DNA of 64,000 nucleotides from a virus, in IMG/VR virus record IMGVR_UViG_3300020530_000006, one strand, 5' to 3'. The position numbers and the translations under genes are program-made. Below are positions 60,552-64,000 of this stretch, one piece after another (position 1 is the first letter of the stretch; each line of letters begins with the position of its first letter). A model generated the notes under the pieces. It was not told the origin of the DNA. It saw only the letters and a list, made by a program, of their open reading frames with translations, and did not search any database.

Positions 60552-60791
60552 ATGCAAACCGCATACGCTCCCGTTCACACCGGCCACTACATTTTCGCCA
60601 CCCGCAAGGATGGCCGCGATTTTGTGGGCCATATTCAATCCGTCAAGGCTCTTGCCAAGGGTACGTTCGTTGTCGTGAGGATTGCGGATGACGTAGACGG
60701 GCCGGTTTACAAGTCCTTTTATCTGGAAAGCCTCAACTCGTGGGCGACCCATGAGGACTATAGCGTTCTCGCCCACGACTATAACCTGTGA
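60552..60791 (+). CDS. Small beta-barrel (SH3/Sm-like) protein, paralogue of 61382-61627
   Basis: DGRDFVGHI..V.A.AKGT.V.VR...KSFYLE; start probably MQTA. Confidence 0.6.
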   Translation: MQTAYAPVHTGHYIFATRKDGRDFVGHIQSVKALAKGTFVVVRIADDVDGPVYKSFYLESLNSWATHEDYSVLAHDYNL

Positions 60792-60844
60792 GGGTTGTAG
60801 ACCGGCGTTTATAGGGGTATATTGAATCCAACCGAAAGGAAATC

Positions 60845-61000
60845 ATGAGCGATTTTGAGCGTATCATTGCCGATAGTATGATCGACGAGGATGGTCGCGA
60901 GTGGATTGTTGAGGATGCTACGGGTTGGGATGATGACGAATGGATTGACGTTGACGATTATTACCCCGAAGATTTTCAAGGTGAGGAGGAGTTCGCATGA
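60845..61000 (+). CDS. Highly acidic 51-aa protein
   Basis: MSDFERIIADSMIDEDGREWIVEDATGWDDDEWIDVDDYYPEDFQGEEEFA; AAGGA RBS; not in the ORF track. Confidence 0.65.
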   Translation: MSDFERIIADSMIDEDGREWIVEDATGWDDDEWIDVDDYYPEDFQGEEEFA

Positions 61001-61137
61001 CGATTCTGGAAAGCGATTGCTGCTACGCTCCGGTGGTGCTGGAGGACATTTGTTCACGATGCAAGGAACATTGTGAGCCTATATGGGTGGAAACCGAGGA
61101 GGATAACGGACAGCCCGGATTCCTTCCGGGAACCTAA
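60997..61137 (+). CDS. 46-aa Zn-finger protein
   Basis: SDCCYAP...ICSRCKEHC; ATGA overlap with upstream gene. Confidence 0.6.
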   Translation: MTILESDCCYAPVVLEDICSRCKEHCEPIWVETEEDNGQPGFLPGT

Positions 61138-61187
61138 CCCCCTCTATGGTAGGGAAACAACGAACTCTCCCCCGTAAGGGGGGTTGA

Positions 61188-61348
61188 CTGCCAAAATGGC
61201 AGAAATCCCGCGGTTTCTGCCAAAATGGCAGGCACTGCAAATCCTGTGCCAAACTCTATAAAAAATATTTGGCATGATATTTGCTCTCACAAAAAAACTT
61301 TTTCCTAACACAATCCTAACTTGAATCCTAAAGTTCGATCTGTATAAT
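61188..61348. promoter_or_regulatory. Regulatory module 1: paired palindromes, back-to-back sigma-54 sites, sigma-70 promoter
   Basis: CTGCCAAAATGGCAG at 61188 and 61217; TGGCACAGGATTTGCA (-, 61236-61251); TGGCATGATATTTGCT (+, 61270-61285); TTGAAT-16-TATAAT (61321-61348). Confidence 0.8.
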
Positions 61349-61381
61349 GTCGATATAAGAAGTAACCCAGGAGAACAGAAG

Positions 61382-61627
61382 ATGACCAAGTTCGGAAGCG
61401 TCAAGGTTGGATACGGTTTCGAGTGTGAGAAGAATAACGGCAAGACGTATGCGGGTGAGATCGTCAAGGTTGCCGCATACGCTCGCGGTACACTGGTCAC
61501 GATTCGATACCCTGATCGTCTCGAAAATGATCGTATGTATAGTGTGGGTGAGATGTCGATGATCCACAAGAGCATCTACCTTGAAGATTGCAAGGTTTGG
61601 TTCACCGAGGAGCCATCCCTCGTGTGA
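61382..61627 (+). CDS. Small beta-barrel (SH3/Sm-like) protein
   Basis: AGGAG RBS; aligns with 60552-60791. Confidence 0.7.
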   Translation: MTKFGSVKVGYGFECEKNNGKTYAGEIVKVAAYARGTLVTIRYPDRLENDRMYSVGEMSMIHKSIYLEDCKVWFTEEPSLV

Positions 61628-61692
61628 GGGGGTTGTGCAGCATAGAAAAGTTTGGTACATTCCGTTTTTCACTTCACCATAGGAAAAGAATC

Positions 61693-62013
61693 ATGAGTTT
61701 CCCGATCATCGAAAATGCCAAGCGTCAAGCCTACCTGTGCTTCGTGGGATTGGCGATCCCTTGCGACAAGCGTACCGTAGACGGCGGAACGATTCGCAGT
61801 GAGAAGGTTCTGAAGTTCAATCGGTCTGCTATGCGGGATAGCGTCAACGTCAAGGCCGAAAAGGTTGACCCCCGCATGGGTAGGGGTGAGGATACGATGA
61901 TCGTCAAGGTTGGCAAGCCCGGTAGTCGGGAGAGGGTGGAGGCTTTGCGGTCGCAGTACGAGGCTACCCTCACTATGGGGGAGGAGATTAGCCCCTTCGC
62001 TTGGGAGGGGTGA
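61693..62013 (+). CDS. Hypothetical protein
   Basis: Start MSFPII after an AGGA RBS. Confidence 0.6.
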   Translation: MSFPIIENAKRQAYLCFVGLAIPCDKRTVDGGTIRSEKVLKFNRSAMRDSVNVKAEKVDPRMGRGEDTMIVKVGKPGSRERVEALRSQYEATLTMGEEISPFAWEG

Positions 62014-62032
62014 CCCACCCACAAGAGGGGAT

Positions 62033-62179
62033 CTGTCAAGTTGGCAGCCTCGACTGCCAAAATGGCAGAAACCGCGGCCTTTCTGCCAAAATGGCAGGCA
62101 CAAGCAAATACCGTGCCAAACAACAAAATATTATTTTTGGTATTTTTATGGTTGACATTCAAGGTATGGCTGGTAGAAT
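62033..62179. promoter_or_regulatory. Regulatory module 2
   Basis: Degenerate box at 62033, boxes at 62054 and 62083; TGGCACGGTATTTGCT (-, 62103-62118); TTGACA-16-TAGAAT (62152-62179). Confidence 0.8.
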
Positions 62180-62209
62180 ACCGATATACCTAGCAGAGAG
62201 GAAAAGAAA

Positions 62210-62425
62210 ATGATCGACAACAAAATCAAAGATGCGTTGGTTCAGATTTGGGGAAGCGAAAGCCATAACGTCCAGTTTATCGGTTTGGCCGATGGTAAAC
62301 TTTACGCCGAGTGTGCAGAAACTCTCCAGTGTAAGCGTCTTACCGATCTCAACTATCGGAACGTGCTGAACGATATGTTCTACGATTACTGCGTGGAAAA
62401 GGCCGCTTGGATGGGGATTTCGTAG
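62210..62425 (+). CDS. Hypothetical protein
   Basis: GAGG RBS, first gene after module 2. Confidence 0.65.
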   Translation: MIDNKIKDALVQIWGSESHNVQFIGLADGKLYAECAETLQCKRLTDLNYRNVLNDMFYDYCVEKAAWMGIS

Positions 62426-62508
62426 TCCCCCTGTTGTGGGGGTTGATTTGTCTTATCCGATCCTATCGGATTGGCAAGGTGGGCTATAGTCAGCGAAAGT
62501 GAGGGAAC

Positions 62509-62595
62509 ATGGAAATCCTTATTAGTTTGGTATTGACAGGATGGATTGCTGGTAGTATGATTCTTAGTATGATTTGGTTGCTTTCACTGGAGTAG
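62509..62595 (+). CDS. 28-aa hydrophobic (single TM) peptide
   Basis: MEILISLVLTGWIAGSMILSMIWLLSLE; GAGG RBS. Confidence 0.45.
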   Translation: MEILISLVLTGWIAGSMILSMIWLLSLE

Positions 62596-62599
62596 AAAA

Positions 62600-62815
62600 A
62601 TGGATTACCAGAAAACCTATAAGTTTGATAATGGTTACGGGGCTAGTGTGGTTTGTAACTTTGGAACCTATGGGGCCAAAGATGGTCTTTTCGAGGTTGC
62701 TGTGCTTGACAGTAACGGAGAGATTGCATACAATACGCCCATCACTAATGATGTTATTGGTTGGCTTGACTTTGCGGACGTTGCGGATATTCTGAATAAG
62801 ATTAAGGCTCTGTAA
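62600..62815 (+). CDS. Hypothetical protein (F.NGYGASVV...GLFEVAVL type)
   Basis: GGAG RBS; globular-looking sequence. Confidence 0.7.
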   Translation: MDYQKTYKFDNGYGASVVCNFGTYGAKDGLFEVAVLDSNGEIAYNTPITNDVIGWLDFADVADILNKIKAL

Positions 62816-62830
62816 TCTAAGGAAAATAAA

Positions 62831-63133
62831 ATGAACTACGCCGAAGCGGTATCTATGGTGCATGGGAAGACCAATCGTAAAGAACGGAAGATTGGTAATA
62901 ATACATACGCCGAAATCGGATATGATGATAGCGTTTCCATTCGGTTGCATGGTACAGCGGTTGTAAGGTTTTATCCTAACGGGCTGGTGAAGTTGAATAG
63001 TGGCGGATGGCGAACCAGTACCACAAAGGATAGGATTAACAAGTATTCTCCTGTTAAAGTTTACCAGCGAAAGTATGAATGGTATTTGCAGGATGGTACA
63101 GAGTTTGAAGATAATATTCTGGTTAACTCTTAA
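62831..63133 (+). CDS. Hypothetical protein
   Basis: AAGGA RBS; LHGT.V...LNSGGW.T.TTK.RIN motif. Confidence 0.7.
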   Translation: MNYAEAVSMVHGKTNRKERKIGNNTYAEIGYDDSVSIRLHGTAVVRFYPNGLVKLNSGGWRTSTTKDRINKYSPVKVYQRKYEWYLQDGTEFEDNILVNS

Positions 63134-63148
63134 AGAAAGGGGCTAGGG

Positions 63149-63256
63149 ATGGCCGATATAAACTGGGTATATATTGGTGTGGGATTTGTTTGCGGTGTTA
63201 TTGCTAGTTACTTTGTTTGTGATCTTGTTTTTCCAATAAGGAAGCATGATGAATAA
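63149..63256 (+). CDS. 35-aa single-TM peptide
   Basis: MADINWVYIGVGFVCGVIASYFVCDLVFPIRKHDE. Confidence 0.45.
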   Translation: MADINWVYIGVGFVCGVIASYFVCDLVFPIRKHDE

Positions 63257-63323
63257 AAGTGATTATATTATTTTGACCGGATCTTTTATCCTGGGTTGCC
63301 TCACAGTTTACCTAATCCACTAA
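63246..63323 (+). CDS. 25-aa single-TM peptide
   Basis: MMNKSDYIILTGSFILGCLTVYLIH; AAGGA RBS. Confidence 0.4.
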   Translation: MMNKSDYIILTGSFILGCLTVYLIH

Positions 63324-63333
63324 ATCTAACGGG

Positions 63334-63456
63334 CTGCCAAAACGGCAGTTTCCGCGGCCGATCTGCCAAAATGGCAGGCTAGCAAACGGTGTGCCACAAA
63401 AATCTTTTTTTGACTACATTTTCTTTGCTTGACAAGCCGATATCTAACTGTAGAAT
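63334..63456. promoter_or_regulatory. Regulatory module 3
   Basis: Boxes at 63334 (one mismatch) and 63363; TGGCACACCGTTTGCT (-, 63381-63396); TTGACA-16-TAGAAT (63429-63456). Confidence 0.8.
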
Positions 63457-63485
63457 CAACGCATCACCCCAACGGAGATTGAAAA

Positions 63486-63650
63486 ATGATTCTCGAAGAT
63501 ACGGATACCATCAACGCGATTCTGAATCAACTTGTTGACGAGCGTATGGTCGAGCCGATTGATGATCCTCAAAACCTGACCGACTTCTGGGATTGGGCCG
63601 AAGTGGTCGGCATTGTTGACGAGTTTGCTCCCCTTGACGAACGGTTTTGA
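63486..63650 (+). CDS. Acidic 54-aa protein
   Basis: MILEDTDTINAILNQLVDERMVEPIDDPQNLTDFWDWAEVVGIVDEFAPLDERF; GGAG RBS. Confidence 0.6.
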   Translation: MILEDTDTINAILNQLVDERMVEPIDDPQNLTDFWDWAEVVGIVDEFAPLDERF

Positions 63651-63671
63651 TTAGTGTAGAAAGGATAAGTC

Positions 63672-63947
63672 ATGAGTCACCCCGATCCCCTTCACGACGA
63701 GGAGAACACGATGAGCCAGGATTCTTTTGACCGTTTCGACGAGATGGCCGAGCGTACGATTTGGCCGTGGATTGATGATGAGTCGCACGAAGCCGACGAT
63801 ATCAACTATGATGATTTCAACGACTTCACCGATGAGGACGAGTACGATGATAGCATGGACGGCGACCACGAGAGCGGCCTCGCCAGTGCTGGCTGGGGAA
63901 CCGATGAGGACTACGGTTTCTACGGCGATTATAACGAGGATTACTGA
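63672..63947 (+). CDS. Highly acidic 91-aa protein
   Basis: Very D/E-rich with aromatic residues; DGDHESGLASAGWGTDEDYG. Confidence 0.7.
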   Translation: MSHPDPLHDEENTMSQDSFDRFDEMAERTIWPWIDDESHEADDINYDDFNDFTDEDEYDDSMDGDHESGLASAGWGTDEDYGFYGDYNEDY

Positions 63948-63960
63948 AAACAACCCCGAT

Positions 63961-64000
63961 CTGCCAAAATGGCAGCGGGGCCGCGATTTCTGCCAAAATG
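63961..64000. promoter_or_regulatory. Regulatory module 4 (truncated by the window edge)
   Basis: Box 63961-63975, 14-bp spacer, second box from 63990. Confidence 0.8.

Noticed and set aside
60156-63953. Minus-strand ORFs in the GC-richer region (e.g. 60156-60776, 61144-61575, 63651-63953)
   Set aside because: Antisense to + strand genes that have promoters and RBSs, and several run through regulatory modules
61188-64000. CRISPR array or integron attC cassettes as the explanation for the CTGCCAAAATGGCAG repeats
   Set aside because: Repeats are 15 bp in pairs with 14-bp spacers, separated by 0.6-1.3 kb of genes; no cas or integrase gene and no attC R-box pattern seen
1-64000. Stop-codon reassignment, tRNA genes, inteins
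   Set aside because: Genes are intact and tightly packed under the standard code with TAA, TAG and TGA all used as stops; no cloverleaf or intein motifs noticed by eye (tRNAscan not run)

Overview
A 64 kb piece of a large, AT-rich, tailed dsDNA phage genome. It is most likely a siphovirus (HK97-type head module, two tandem tail-tube paralogues, no sheath gene seen), and the host cannot be determined from sequence alone. The left end (1-3850, + strand) holds a few DNA-metabolism and unknown genes plus a GC-rich Cys-rich cassette. The block 4201-59736 (- strand) is the late/morphogenesis region. In transcription order it runs: sigma-like factor, candidate small terminase, HNH, ERCC4 nuclease, large terminase, portal, protease/scaffold, decoration, major capsid, adaptor, a fibre and virion-modification island, neck and tail genes, a 3956-aa tape measure protein, and tail-tip proteins. 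The right end (about 60140-64000) is a GC-richer early-type region of tiny genes punctuated by a repeated regulatory module. Most notable observations: (1) a complete group I ribozyme core between two genes (38819-39007, -) whose best guide-sequence partner lies DOWNSTREAM of the terminal G, i.e. a candidate naturally permuted or orphan group I intron; (2) a tape measure protein built like a polyprotein, with five DTVPAMLTPGEFV repeats and many [FY]xxGG motifs framing PD-(D/E)xK nuclease-like and HExxH metallopeptidase-like cargo; (3) a repeated module of paired CTGCCA-AAA-TGGCAG palindromes (4 copies) fused to antisense consensus sigma-54 sites and followed by sigma-70 promoters. All product calls come from motifs and gene order read by eye; no database search was run.
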